Assembly (NCBI GenBank): GCA_964658305.1
Contig: OZ210885.1
Span: forward strand, 22,816,001 to 22,880,000
Origin: Leptogorgia sarmentosa
Taxonomy: Eukaryota
Direction of reading: 5' to 3'
DNA: 64,000 nt
Shown: positions 1-11,451 of the stretch, in pieces
How positions within the stretch are numbered: the first letter of the stretch is position 1
How the letters are laid out: every line of letters begins with the position of its first letter
Translations under genes and position numbers: made by a program
Notes under the pieces: generated by a model
Told to the model about the DNA's origin: nothing
Seen by the model: only the letters and a program-made list of their open reading frames with translations
Database searches by the model: none

Positions 1-9
1 AACCAGAAA

Positions 10-690
10 GTGATTGTCGTTGGAGCTTTGTCTTTGGGTGATGAACCAGCGAAGCAAGTTAAAATGAGAGGGAAAGAAGTTGCTATGGTAAAAGATGATT
101 GTATTCTGGAAGACGTGACGGGTTCGGCGCCTTTACACATCTGGGATACTTTTATAAATTCAGTTGAGAATGGGAAAAGTTATCGTTTCGAAAACCTCGT
201 TGTGAAATCGTTCCAAGGAGCGATGTATCTTTCGACAACCTTTACAACGTCAGTCACAATGGTAGAAGCGGTTGTTGAATCTTTAGTTGGGCCTCAGATG
301 CTGGAAAGTAAACAGCACGCTGTGACTGTCGAGGAGTTCAAGATGGTGAGAAAGTTAGATATCTTCCTAGTGTGCCAGTCCTGTAGCAAGAAAATTGAAG
401 ATGTTTGCGGAGATTTCGTGAAGTGCAAGTATTGCGACGTTCGACAAAGGCGATTGTCGTGCGAAACTTGTGCTTCTGCACAAGTGAAAGTTGAATTGCC
501 AGAAGATGAAGCCGAAGGTCTGTGGTTGACTGTCTTCACTGAGGTATTGGAACAACTTTTGAAGCCATCATTTGAGATTTCATTGAGCTCTTCTGATTCT
601 ATTGAAGAAGCACTTCTTAGAATTAAAAATGTGAAGTTTGTTTATAATATAATCAGCAATGTTATCACCAAAGTCTGGTGTTCGCTGTAA
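10..690 (+). CDS. RPA1/replication factor A-like OB-fold protein with zinc ribbon (5' end runs off the window), probably TE-associated
   Basis: OB-fold-like segment (ILEDVTGS..LHIWD..GKSYRFENLVVKSFQG..YLST) followed by CQSC..CKYC zinc ribbon and WLTVF, as in the RPA70 C-terminal domain. Confidence 0.55.
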   Translation: MIVVGALSLGDEPAKQVKMRGKEVAMVKDDCILEDVTGSAPLHIWDTFINSVENGKSYRFENLVVKSFQGAMYLSTTFTTSVTMVEAVVESLVGPQMLESKQHAVTVEEFKMVRKLDIFLVCQSCSKKIEDVCGDFVKCKYCDVRQRRLSCETCASAQVKVELPEDEAEGLWLTVFTEVLEQLLKPSFEISLSSSDSIEEALLRIKNVKFVYNIISNVITKVWCSL

Positions 691-1948
691 AAGACTGGCT
701 TAGACTTTACGATTTTCACTTTCACTTTGATGTTTGACTGACAGTTTGAGTCATGGAATGTAAGCATGAAGTATGTTGAAGTTGTACATTTATTTATTAT
801 GTAATGTGTTATATTATGTAAGATATTCACATTGACATTGTTACAGTAAAATCCATATTGTTTTTCAAATGGTTTGGAACAATTACCTAGTATTTGGAAA
901 TATTATAGTTGTGTTTAGGTTTTGTTCCTTTTACACATATATTTTTGTATTATTAGCAGTAAGTGTTCATTAAAAGCTTCATATTTTTGCTTAACGAAAA
1001 TGGTTATCGCCTCTCTTATGGTAATACTAAGTTATGCCCAAATTATATTAGTATAGGAAATTACGCGGTTCGAGAAGCACCAATGAAAAATTGCACGTGT
1101 GTTTGGCGAAATACCGCGAGTGCAATTTTTCAGCATTAATACTTCGAGAACAAGTGTAATTTCGTATTAATATCATTGTAGTACACATTGACTAACCTTT
1201 TTTGTCCAAAGTTGACAATAAATCACAAAAAAAACTGTAGTGATTCATCAGCATCCATTGTTGATTATGTTTGACCAAGTTGGTTTTCCAAGCACTGGGT
1301 ATAATGTACAATTGTGGTGCATATCAAATATAACCAGTTGAAAATTTGGCCAGTTTTGATTGGGCCTCTCAGGAAAGGAAGGATGGTAGACTAGTTATTT
1401 CATTTCTAAAGTGATGATAGAAGGTCATTGTTTAGTACAGACATACTGTAAACACTCAACATACTTATTGTATTATGATGTAGTCTAGATGCTCAAGAGC
1501 TAATAAAATAGAATTCATACCTTAATATTCCTTGCAAGGCAGATCATGGCCAGGCATAAGAGAGCTAACTGGAGCACAAGAGCTCCAGTTTTTTGAGATT
1601 TGTTGATACAATTATCACAGTTATGATAAAGTTATATTATTATAATTGCTAGTTTTAACTCTTGGAAATGTGTCATGTTCATGCTCTGTTGGATCATTTA
1701 CATAATTTTCATGGTGTTATGGTAGCTGTTGGCAAAAGGGAGGGAGATTTTAATTATTGTGATTCACAAATGGAGCTACCAATACACAGATAATTTGTGA
1801 ACAGTTTGCCAGAAAAAGTCACACATCCCCATCCCTAACCTTTATAATATAAAGTTAAATTGTTTCAGAATTATAATCTTGTACTGTGATATCACTTATC
1901 ACATAATTTAAAGTTATAACTAAGAGTGACTTACTGAAGCTGATCTGT

Positions 1949-2728
1949 TTATGTTGCCTTGCATGAAACCCAAATTGCCTTATGGTCAGTAAAATATGTT
2001 TCAAGGGTGCCTGATGATGTTTCGGAGTCAGGAATATTTGTAAATATATGATCAATTAGTGTATGATTGTCTGTAGTAACATCACATATTAACTGTCTAT
2101 AACCATCGTCTCTCACCATGACATTGTACAATGGCTGTCGTTCTGTGTTGATTAACCAATTCACATTGAAATCTCCAATTACAATATTTTGTGACGAGGT
2201 GTGCTGTTGCAAAATGTTAGTCAAAGCTGAACAGAGATTTCTGATAGGAACTTTTGGTGAACGATACACTGCAAAAATAGTAGTGTCAACTCTGCTGGTA
2301 ACTTTGATGACTGTTAACTCGATACCATTCAAATTTTGACGATCGAGATATCCTGGAACAAATGGTACCCTGCTGTATACTACTGTACCACCGTATCCTC
2401 TTGTGTTTGAAAACTGGTTAAACATGGCATCGTTTCTGAAGAGTTGGAAGCCATTCATTTTGTATATTTCATCCTCATCAAATGGACTGAATCGCGTTTC
2501 TGTAAATATTGCTATATCAACGTTACAGTAATTGAAATCTTTACGGACATCGTCGATGTGTTTGTGAAGAGAACGTGCATTTAAGTGACAGATTTTCAAA
2601 TCGGATTGTCTTAAGTTGTAAAGTGGGATGTAACAGAATTTCAGGGATTTCTCTGTCCTAAGTTTCTGCATCTCAGCAACAACCTTTGAATCGACAGCTA
2701 TTTTATTTTCACACAGGTCAGTGATATA
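1949..2728 (-). pseudogene. APE-type (EEP) endonuclease domain at the C-terminus of the Helitron RepHel protein
   Basis: HLNARSL, FTET, YRSP, IGDFN, LIDHIF, TDHKAI motifs; joins HYVALSRVTSIDGLY in frame once the 2729-3539 insertion is removed. Confidence 0.85.
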
Positions 2729-3539
2729 CAGGGTGTCTCAAAAAAAACGCAATCCTACGTTCAAATGCAATTTTCATAACGAAAAGAAATAGAAAATAGG
2801 CTATATTTACCACCGTTAGAAAGCTCTATCATTCCGCTTTCTTAAGACTGCTTGTTTGTTAAATTTGAGTAGGAAATGAGCGAGTAATGTTATTTTTAGT
2901 ATGTGTGATTGGACAATTTAAAATTTGAGATAGCTTGAATTTTATTGAAAATTTAACTTAGTTGGTTACAATCATTCGACGTGGCCGGCATTTCTCAGCA
3001 CACACAAATCACTTCGACATTGCATTTCCCGTGCAACTCTTCTTATTAGTTCATGATTTCCATGTAAAGCATCTGCTTCAAGCTGTATCTGCCGGTATTT
3101 ACGTACGTTACGCCAAACGGTCGTCGAATTTGGGACTTGTCGATCCGGGAAAGCTATTCGAAACAATGTTAAAACTTCCTGAATACTTTTTGTTACCAAG
3201 TAACCTTCAACAATAAAGTTCTTTCTGCTGTAGTGAGCTGTAGCATGATGCCTAAGACTTTAAAATTATTTCGCGAAAATATTTCAAACAAAATATTCGC
3301 ATGTAACGATAACGTCCCCTTCGGAATTAAGAACGTCGAATTTGAAGCATCTAAAATTGACTGCTTGCAGTAAATCACTTATTTTGAAGTCCTAAATGGC
3401 CTAAAAAGTCACAATCGACCACTTATTGAGTAGAAAAACGATGGGGCTAAAACATGAACTAAAAGTTAAGACATGGAAATCTATATTATTTTGGTTATAA
3501 AGCCTTAAACTTGGATTGCGCTTTTTTTGATACACCCTG
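2729..3539 (-). mobile_element. Internally deleted Tc1/mariner-type element inserted in the Helitron gene
   Basis: TIRs CAGGGTGT(C/A)TCAAAAAAA.CGCAATCC at both ends, TA TSD (2727-2728, 3540-3541); contains N-terminal HTH-like (LFRIAFPDRQVP..TVWRNVRKY) fused to C-terminal (CVLRNAGHVE) transposase remnants. Confidence 0.85.
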
Positions 3540-6500
3540 TATAAACCATCAATTGACGTCACTCTACTCAGTGCAACGTAATGTATGAGGGAAAGCTCGT
3601 CTAGTATCGAGGTTGAAACAATTTCAGTTTGCTTCCTGTTCAGTGATTGTACCATTGTTCTGTATTGATCATCGTGCATTTCATTCAACACAAGTGGCTC
3701 ACTGCTTAATAATGTTGATGGGATACCAAGATCATTTGATAAATCATATCTTTCATTTAGATCAGGATGTAAGTCAACATCACCCTCATTTTGATCTTGT
3801 AGTTCATTATGTTGTGTAACTGGTGCAATGTTACCAAACTCATCGTCGTCATCATCATGATGTTGATCTAACCTGCTTTGAATATCATTTAAATCTTCAG
3901 CACAAACTGCATATTGACTCATTTGTTTTGCTATTTCATCAGCCAAGGCTAAATAATGATCTTCATACGAAGAGTATTTTCCAACTAGATCAGTTTCTTC
4001 ATTTCGCCAATGAGTGAAAAGCATAATTAATTCACGGTAATGTTTCTGTGGATTAGCTTCTTTATTGAACCACACACTTCTGATAATTCGAGCTCTTTGT
4101 CTTTTGTTTGGTGCATTCTTACTTTTCAATACTTCTGTGTTGTTCTGATCACATAGTTCATCATCGTTGTTCTCATCATCAATGAATGTCTCACTTGGAA
4201 GACAGTCAATATCCATTTTAGATGGTTTCTTTTGATATGGTTTTGAGCCACAAGAATCATACCAGGCTGCCCAATCAGCCAATGTAATGTTTTCAAGTGA
4301 ATGTGGCCGTTCAACATATCGTTTTAAAAGACCTCCTGCATGAATTTCCTCTGAATCATCCTCCATAACTTCAATTTCACTTAATGGTTTCAACAGCTTG
4401 ACTCTTTCTTCCGGAAGTGATGTGGGAATGAAAACTACACTACGTGAAGCTTTTCTCATGGGTAATTGCAGGGTTATATAAACTGCTTCTTGAGCACTAA
4501 TTTCAACACTGTTTAGGAACTTGTTACCAATGTCTCGTACTTGCTGTTTTATACTTGCATTGCCTTGCTTCTTTACATGCCTTCCGCAATAATTCACTCA
4601 TGCCTTTCTGTGCTTTTGAAATGTAGGAAACAATATACATGGCACAAGCGTATACATCAAGAATAAACTGGATGTCCATATTAGCTCGCCATGCTTTCAG
4701 GCAAAAAGGGTTGTAATTATTTATTCTAAGTTCATTTGGTTGTCTTTTCAAAAATATTGTGGGACAATTCAGGGATGAGCGTAAAGCCGAAAGATAATTT
4801 TGTTCTGAGACACCTAACTCTTGGAGGAAATCATCAAAATTTAATGTGATATTTTGTCCATCTTTGAAATCATTAAGTTTTGTCATAATATCTTTCCATT
4901 GTTGTTTAAGACGTTTTATGTCAGGTTCAGAAAATGTATCTTCAAGTGGATGCAATATCATAGTTGACCTCATTGGTGGCTGAGGATAATTAAATCTACA
5001 AGCACGTTTTGATTTCTTTCGACATGTATGGGAGTGTTTGTGCATTTGTCTGTTTACAAAGTCAACCAGTTCTGGGTCATCATCTGGTTTTTGGCAGGTA
5101 ATAATTTGATCAATAAATGAAATTATGTCCTTATCGTCAGTAACCCCAAACACTGGTGCATCTTCAAGCCATATCAGCATGTGTATGTGAGGTGAGCCTC
5201 GTTGTTGATATTCAACTCTATAAAACCAATCTTTGATTTTCCCTAATGGTGCAGTACTGGTCATCAAAAATTGTCTTAAAAATGTATTAAATTGAAAATC
5301 AAAGTGCCTGGCACATGTTACTGGGTCACTTTGAATTAACCTGCATTTGTCATTCCAATCCAAATTGTCAAGTTCAGCATCAGTATAATCTTTGTGATCA
5401 ACAAGTTTACCAAGTATTTTAAGCAAATGATTCCATTTAGTTTCAGCAGATGAGAAACTGCAAAACAATGTTGCAGGACCAAGTTGGCGAATCATAGCAA
5501 ATAAATCTTTTTTTGCCTTTTCAAAATAGGGTGGTGACCCTCGTAATGCTCTTAAAAACTTATACCCTTCATCATGGTGAATAAGGCTCTCAAGGTTACC
5601 TTGTTGCTTTAATTGACCAGCAGTTATTACTTGATTGCCATGTTTGCATTTTCTTAGAGCAATTTGACATTTTCCTAACAGGATTTTCATTTGCAGCTTT
5701 TTTGTTTTAAAAAATATATTTTCCACACACATGGCTGCTCTGCGGTCTGACCGTCTTAATTCAGATTTACATATTTCACTATAGTATGCACTAACCAATC
5801 GTTCTTTGTCATCTGGTCGCTTTTGTCCTAAAAATATGCCAGGGTATGATAGTTCTTCTGAATGTTGGTCTCTAAATATGCTGAGTGGTGTGTTACCTTC
5901 ACCAGGTGCAATGCTATAGATACCAGGTGCCTCTCTTTCACTATCACTTAGAAAATCTGTAGCAGTCAGCATACTATCAGTGACACCTGGTGGTATTTCT
6001 GCTTCATCTTCACTCCATTCATCATCATCATTTACATCACCTGGTTTATTATTGGTCAAGGTATCTTTGACTGTTATTTGTACCACTTTCTGTATCATTT
6101 ATGCTATTAGTATATTGCTTTGTCCAGTTGGGATCGAGAGCAATTCCTTGTTCTCTGTAAAGAGCACTGTTGCTTGCTAGCCATGCTGCTGCTTGTAAAA
6201 CTTTATGTGGTCTCACATTTAAAGATAATGCTGAACTCTTATACTGTAAACGCCTCTTTAACTGGATTTTAATAGTACCAGACTCATGTGGTAACCTGGG
6301 CAACTTATTAACTGTACTTGTGATGTCAGCAGGTACATTCACCACATTACCATTAATCTTAAATTGTTTACCCCTAGGTGCTTGCATAATTTTTTGAAAT
6401 GCTAATCTTGGAGCAACAAGTCTGTTTTCTAGTTCATTAAGATCATAGAAGTCAGGTTTTTTTTGAAATTTCATGGTGGTACTTTGTTTTTTCTTAAGTA

Positions 6501-6668
6501 CTTGTTGCATGATTGGCAAAGCCACTCTCTATTATTAATGCTCAGTGTACCTTGTAAGTGCTTTACCATGTTAGGATTAGTCAGTCGAACATTATTTGCA
6601 TGACAAACACTGTGCCTATACCACAGTTGGTCACAACATGTACAAATGTATAATGGTCCTTCTGACAC
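3540..6668 (-). pseudogene. Helitron Rep (HUH endonuclease) region with frameshifts; helicase core deleted
   Basis: LRGSPPYF, MIRQLGPATLFCSFS, DPVTCARHF, YRVEYQQRGSPHIHMLIW (HUH), RFNYP, NMDIQF, YIVSYISK (catalytic Tyr pair), EISAQEA; upstream CTCC..CQSC cluster and GNVVNVP motif. Confidence 0.9.
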
Positions 6669-7084
6669 TGCATCATGAAATTTTTTAACTAAGTCACAAA
6701 ATGCTGGTGTTTCATTCTGTCGTTTTTGTTTGCTAGATTCTCGTTTTTGTGAGAGCCTTTTCTCTGTGGCTTGAGCAATTTCATGTTTATGTTTATCATA
6801 TTGTCGTTGCTTTGCAAGTCTGTTGATTTTGTGTTGAGCAGTTTCATGATTTCTACTTTCTTGCTCATATTGTTGTTGCCTTAATAGCCTATTTTTTCTT
6901 TGTTCAATTGTTTCATCTCGTTTTTGTTTCTTATATTGTCGCTCTTTCAGTAACCGTTTCTCACTAGATTCATTGCTTTCATTTGTTCGTTTGCGTTTGT
7001 TATACTGCTGCCGTTTTAGTAACCGTTTCTCCCTAGATTCATTGCTTTCATTTGTTCGCTTGTGTTTGTTATATTCTCATTGTT

Positions 7085-8138
7085 TTAACAACCGTTTTTC
7101 TCAACTGTTTCATTCCTGTATTTGTTCTTATGCCTGTTTTTTTCAGCATTAACTTCGTGAATTTGAATTTCATTTTCTTGAATAAGTTCATTGTGATTGG
7201 GCACTGACCTTTCCTGGTCATGCACATATACTTTAACTCCTTTTATCTCAAATGGCGTAACTCCTCTAGGTGAAACACTCTGAAAATACACAGTGAGATT
7301 TTGGATATTTGCAATTGCAAGTAGAACACATTTTCCAAATGCATGTTGCATACCAAATAAGTTTCGAGCATGTGAATCAAAAATTCTGAAAGACCCATCC
7401 AACATTCTAAAAATTGCCACTGTATTGCAACTAATAGTGAGCAATGCATAACTATAGTTTAACTCAGAAGACAAAAATATTTTGTTTAGGGCATTTTGGA
7501 GTGTTAAATATGGCTCATTATTGCTAATCATGAACACATGACCAGTATATGACTCACTGTATTGTACATGATATATGGTGTCATTAACACTAACAAATTC
7601 AGGTACATCAGTTAGTAGTAACAAATCTTTATTAATTGAATTACTTATAAATGTATAAAGAATATTCCCATGAAATAAAATGGTATTTAATAATGCTGAA
7701 TTCCATGTGCTTACATCATGTATTTGACTGTAAACTATTGCTGTCAAAGACATCATAACACATTGTTTGCCTGCATTTTCTCCAAATATAATTTGATTTC
7801 CTTGACTGAAGTCAGCACACACAGTCTCAGTAGTATTTACAATGTGATACACAGTGGGTCCTGGGTTTGTTTCAACATCATTTGATAATCTTAGCAAGCA
7901 AGGTACATACACTTGGTGAAAACAAACCATTTTTAAAAAACCAAGCAACTGCTTCATTAGATTTGTTGTACTGTTCATTAATTTGTTTTAAGATTGGCAA
8001 ATAAAACACATTTAAATAAGACAACATGAACATAGTATTCCAAAATGCACCTTTCAGTCGTCTTGCTACTTCTCTTTCTCTGAGAAAGTTTACATGAGAA
8101 CCAGCTCTAGCACGATATTGTTCAGTTGTTATTCCCAT
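7085..8138 (-). pseudogene. Helitron polyprotein N-terminus: leader (MGITTEQYRARAG), 2A-like motif, herpesvirus tegument-type (peptidase C76-like) deubiquitinase domain
   Basis: FSQG..F.ENAGKQC (catalytic Cys) and FRIFDSH (Asp-x-His) motifs; leader ORF 7878-8138 overlaps ORF 7085-7978 in another frame, consistent with one frameshift. Confidence 0.7.
7856..7879 (-). other. 2A-like ribosomal skipping (StopGo) motif DVETNPGP
   Basis: LLRLSNDVETNPGP matches consensus D(V/I)ExNPGP with the typical Leu-rich upstream context. Confidence 0.8.
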
Positions 8139-8381
8139 CTGTGTTGAGTACAGTGCTATTTGTTAATTTGAAGTATAAGTTGTCTGTTATTTTATATACT
8201 TGTAGCTGGAAAGTAGCAAAAAACTAGTTAACTGTACAGTATTTTGTATTTGTCGTTTGTTTAGGCAAGTTTGTGGTATATTTATTAATTTTATTTTATG
8301 AGAGCGTTTTTGAGTTTATCAAGTTTTTGGCAAGTTTTGGTTATCAGAGATTTTTTGAGTTTTTCACATTTTTGGGGGTTT

Positions 8382-8809
8382 TTTTTCTGTTTGTGATACA
8401 ACCAGGGCACAACACAGTAAGCCCTGACCAGTTTTTCTGTCAGTAAATGCTCAACTGAAAGACCTGAAAGAAACAAATAAACGTGGTTACACTTTCACTT
8501 TGACCCATACTGGAATTACAACACTGAGACAGCAAAGGCAAAAAAGCATGTTTATAGTGGGCCCCTCTCAAACTCACTGGTGTACTGTGCCTAGATTTTT
8601 CTGTTTGTGATACAACCAGGGCACAACACAGTAAGCCCTGACCAGTTTTTCTGTCAGTCAATGCTCAACTGAAAGACCTGAAAGAAACAAATAAACGTGG
8701 TTACACTTTCACTTTGACCCATACTGGCATTACAACACTGAGACAGCAAAGGCAAAAAAGCACGTTTATAGTGGGCCCCTCTCAAACTCACTGGTGTACT
8801 GTGCCTAGA
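8382..8809. repeat. Two-copy tandem duplication of a ~214 bp unit upstream of the Helitron ORF
   Basis: 8382-8595 and 8596-8809 are near-identical, each ending GTGCCTAGA. Confidence 0.95.
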
Positions 8810-8942
8810 AAATTTAAATCATATATAATTAAAGTTGGTTCGTTAGCCTAATAGGTCGACTACATAAGGTTTTACTTTATTCTGGTTTTTATTAAAACAA
8901 ATTAATGCAAATCAGCTAAGACTAAAATGATGTACCAACCAG

Positions 8943-9027
8943 ATTGTAAGAATTGAGAGTATAATAATTGTAATCCTTGCAACAATTGTAAGAATTGAGA
9001 GTAAAATAATTGTAATTCTTGCAACAA
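8943..9027. repeat. Two-copy 42 bp tandem repeat
   Basis: ATTGTAAGAATTGAGAGTA(T/A)AATAATTGTAAT(C/T)CTTGCAACA twice. Confidence 0.85.
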
Positions 9028-9095
9028 CATACAGCAATGTATGTTGTTGCTTAGCACAGCGGGCGCAAAAACGGAAGAAAAGACCTATTGGACCA

Positions 9096-9851
9096 TTGCC
9101 AGTTACGCCAGCTCTCTTACACAAAAACATTGACAAACTTCTGCCTGTGATAGAAAGTGGGGAATGGCTGACTGACGAACACATTGACAATGCACAAGCT
9201 ATTCTTGCAGCAAATTTCCCATATATTGGAGGCTTGCAGGCAACATGGGTGTTCATTTCAGAAGAGTGTCAATCACTTGGTACTCCTAAAGAAGACTTTG
9301 TACAAATTGTTAATGTTGCTTGGAATCACTGGGTCACCCTAAGTAACATTGGCTGCCCTAAAGATACTGTAATGCTGTATGACTCACTGTACAATGACCT
9401 AGATCCAATAAGTAAAGAGAAACTTAAAAAGCAGATTGCATACATGCTAATGCCAACATCTGAGCATGTTACAATCCAGTGGGCTGATGTGCAAAAGCAA
9501 ACTGGTACTTCTGATTGTGGACTTTTTGCAATTGCAGCAGCAACGAGCCTGTGTTATGGAATTTTACCACAAGACTGCAACTGGGAGCAAGAGAAGATGA
9601 GAGATCATTTATGTAAGTGCTTCCAGCAAAGAGATATGGCACTTTTTCCACAATTGCCCATTGTTCGGAAACACAAGAAGTATATAAGAGTGGAAAAAAC
9701 TAAAGTGTCCTGCCACTGCCAACAGCCATATAAGCCTGGTGTGTTTATGATTGCATCTGACCTTTGCCAGGATTGGTTCCATCGAGGATGCGAAAGGGTT
9801 CCAAAAAGGGTTAACAAGAACACTTCATTTATTTGTAAGAACTGTAAATAG
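9096..9851 (+). CDS. Ulp1/SENP-like (C48) cysteine protease + PHD finger, probably the 3' part of a DNA-transposon gene
   Basis: WLTDEHI, NHWV (His), LYDSL (Asp), QKQTGTSDCGLFAIA (Gln/Cys), then CHC..MIASDLCQDWFHRGC..FICKNC PHD pattern. Confidence 0.75.
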   Translation: MPVTPALLHKNIDKLLPVIESGEWLTDEHIDNAQAILAANFPYIGGLQATWVFISEECQSLGTPKEDFVQIVNVAWNHWVTLSNIGCPKDTVMLYDSLYNDLDPISKEKLKKQIAYMLMPTSEHVTIQWADVQKQTGTSDCGLFAIAAATSLCYGILPQDCNWEQEKMRDHLCKCFQQRDMALFPQLPIVRKHKKYIRVEKTKVSCHCQQPYKPGVFMIASDLCQDWFHRGCERVPKRVNKNTSFICKNCK

Positions 9852-10113
9852 ATCCCAGAAGAGTATGTGTGGAAATGTAAATACTGTACATAATTATTGT
9901 AAAATACACATGTGTAAATACTGGCATAAAAGTTGTCCTGATAAATAAATGACTAATAATTGGCCAGGCCATGTGTTTTCCATTCTGAAGTACAGTTCAG
10001 TTGACCACCATTAACTATCAGTTTATGTATGTTTATACATAAAAGTGGCACTATTGCTGGTTATATCACTTTATCTTGTTTTGTAATAGCAGGCTGATAA
10101 ACGGATGTCCAGT

Positions 10114-10205
10114 ATTGCTACAGATGTTGGGATATGGGTTATCAGTGTGTTCCCTTGTGCATTGCTACAGATGTTGGGATATGGGTTATCAGTGTGTTCC
10201 CTTGT
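10114..10205. repeat. Two-copy ~47 bp tandem repeat
   Basis: ATTGCTACAGATGTTGGGATATGGGTTATCAGTGTGTTCCCTTGT twice. Confidence 0.85.
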
Positions 10206-10825
10206 ACAGTATGTGTGAAGTATATGGTTACAGTGCTGTACTAGAATCACATGCTAAGTAGGGTAGTGGATTGCTTAGGGCTGACAGTTGTATTTTTTAC
10301 AACTGCTCCTGGTTATCTAACTCTAATCCAGCTTTGAGAAACACATCAACATTTCGTTACAGTTCTATGTGAGTGAGATTGTCAAAATCCTGATATTTTA
10401 TCTAGTGGAGGATGGAAGTTTATGAGAGGTATATAAACTGCACCAGTATTTCCCAAAATTCTCAAGAGTTATTCTCAATGTGTACCAAGCTTTATCACAT
10501 TTATGATGCAATTTTGATGGATACAAAACTACTGTCTGTCACAAAACATACTATACCGCTGAGAACCACAGCTTTGAGTTCTTTGTTAAATTCCAAATTA
10601 TGTTTACTGACTATAAAGACAGTTCGACTTGTACCTCTACCTGTGTCTTGAACTACAATTAATAGAATCGTCAAAATGTAAAAATAAAACATCAAAATAG
10701 CTACTCAGCATAGTAACTTGTCATTTACTTTGTCCTTGTTCTTCAAAATAATGTTAATATAGGTTGAATGTTCGAATAATTGTGTTCTTGTATTTAATAG
10801 TTGAAACACATAATATTTATGATAC

Positions 10826-10955
10826 ATGACAATCTCAGCACAATGACAATTTCAGACCGCACTAACACGTGCCGAGATTGCGGGCTCCCATTCAAGCATG
10901 CGCAGTAGCACCATTACAATTTCAGCACGATGACAATCTCAGACCGCCACACCGG
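10826..10955. mobile_element. Probable DNA transposon terminus with subterminal repeats, ending ACACCGG
   Basis: Four ACAAT(C/T)TCAG repeats leading to ..GCCACACCGG; partner end not found in the window. Confidence 0.45.
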
Positions 10956-11451
10956 CACTTCGTCGACAAGTTTAGGACCTATGGTAAAATGTTCAAACTA
11001 TAAGCACTTATATTTGGTTTTATGGACTAACTCAAATTAAAAGAGAACTAAACAAACTAAGATTTTGATGACGTAACAAATATTCAACCGCGCGAAATAT
11101 CCCTATAAATGATTGACAGCAATTCAACATTTTACATCAAGTAAGTATATTTTTACCATGCAATGAACATGCGAACATATCCGGCCTTTGTTTCTGAATT
11201 TAATTGACACTATTGTGATAAAAATATCTCCTTGCTGCAATACCTAATGAGAAAGTACATGACATTCTTCCTAGATTCGAAAATCGTATCACTTAATCGT
11301 ATTCACTTTATCGGGATGTTGAGGCAAAGAATGTCACTAATCTTTCCGATTTTTAGCTTGCCTGGGCAAGTCAAGTTTACTATTTCCGCATTAACTTACT
11401 ATTTCCGCATTAACTGCTTCAACAAGATTAAGAACGCACCCGAAAAACCTA

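Larger units (their letters stand above)
1949..8138 (-). mobile_element. Endonuclease-encoding Helitron (Helentron/Helitron2 type), decayed; coding span only, termini not resolved
   Basis: Collinear minus-strand fragments: leader + 2A-like motif, cysteine protease, charged repeats, Cys cluster, HUH Rep domain, PIF1 motif VI remnant (YVALSRV), APE-type endonuclease. Confidence 0.9.

Noticed and set aside
1385..1490. CTAG motifs as canonical Helitron 3' ends
   Set aside because: No properly spaced GC-rich hairpin upstream on the coding strand, so the terminus was left unresolved
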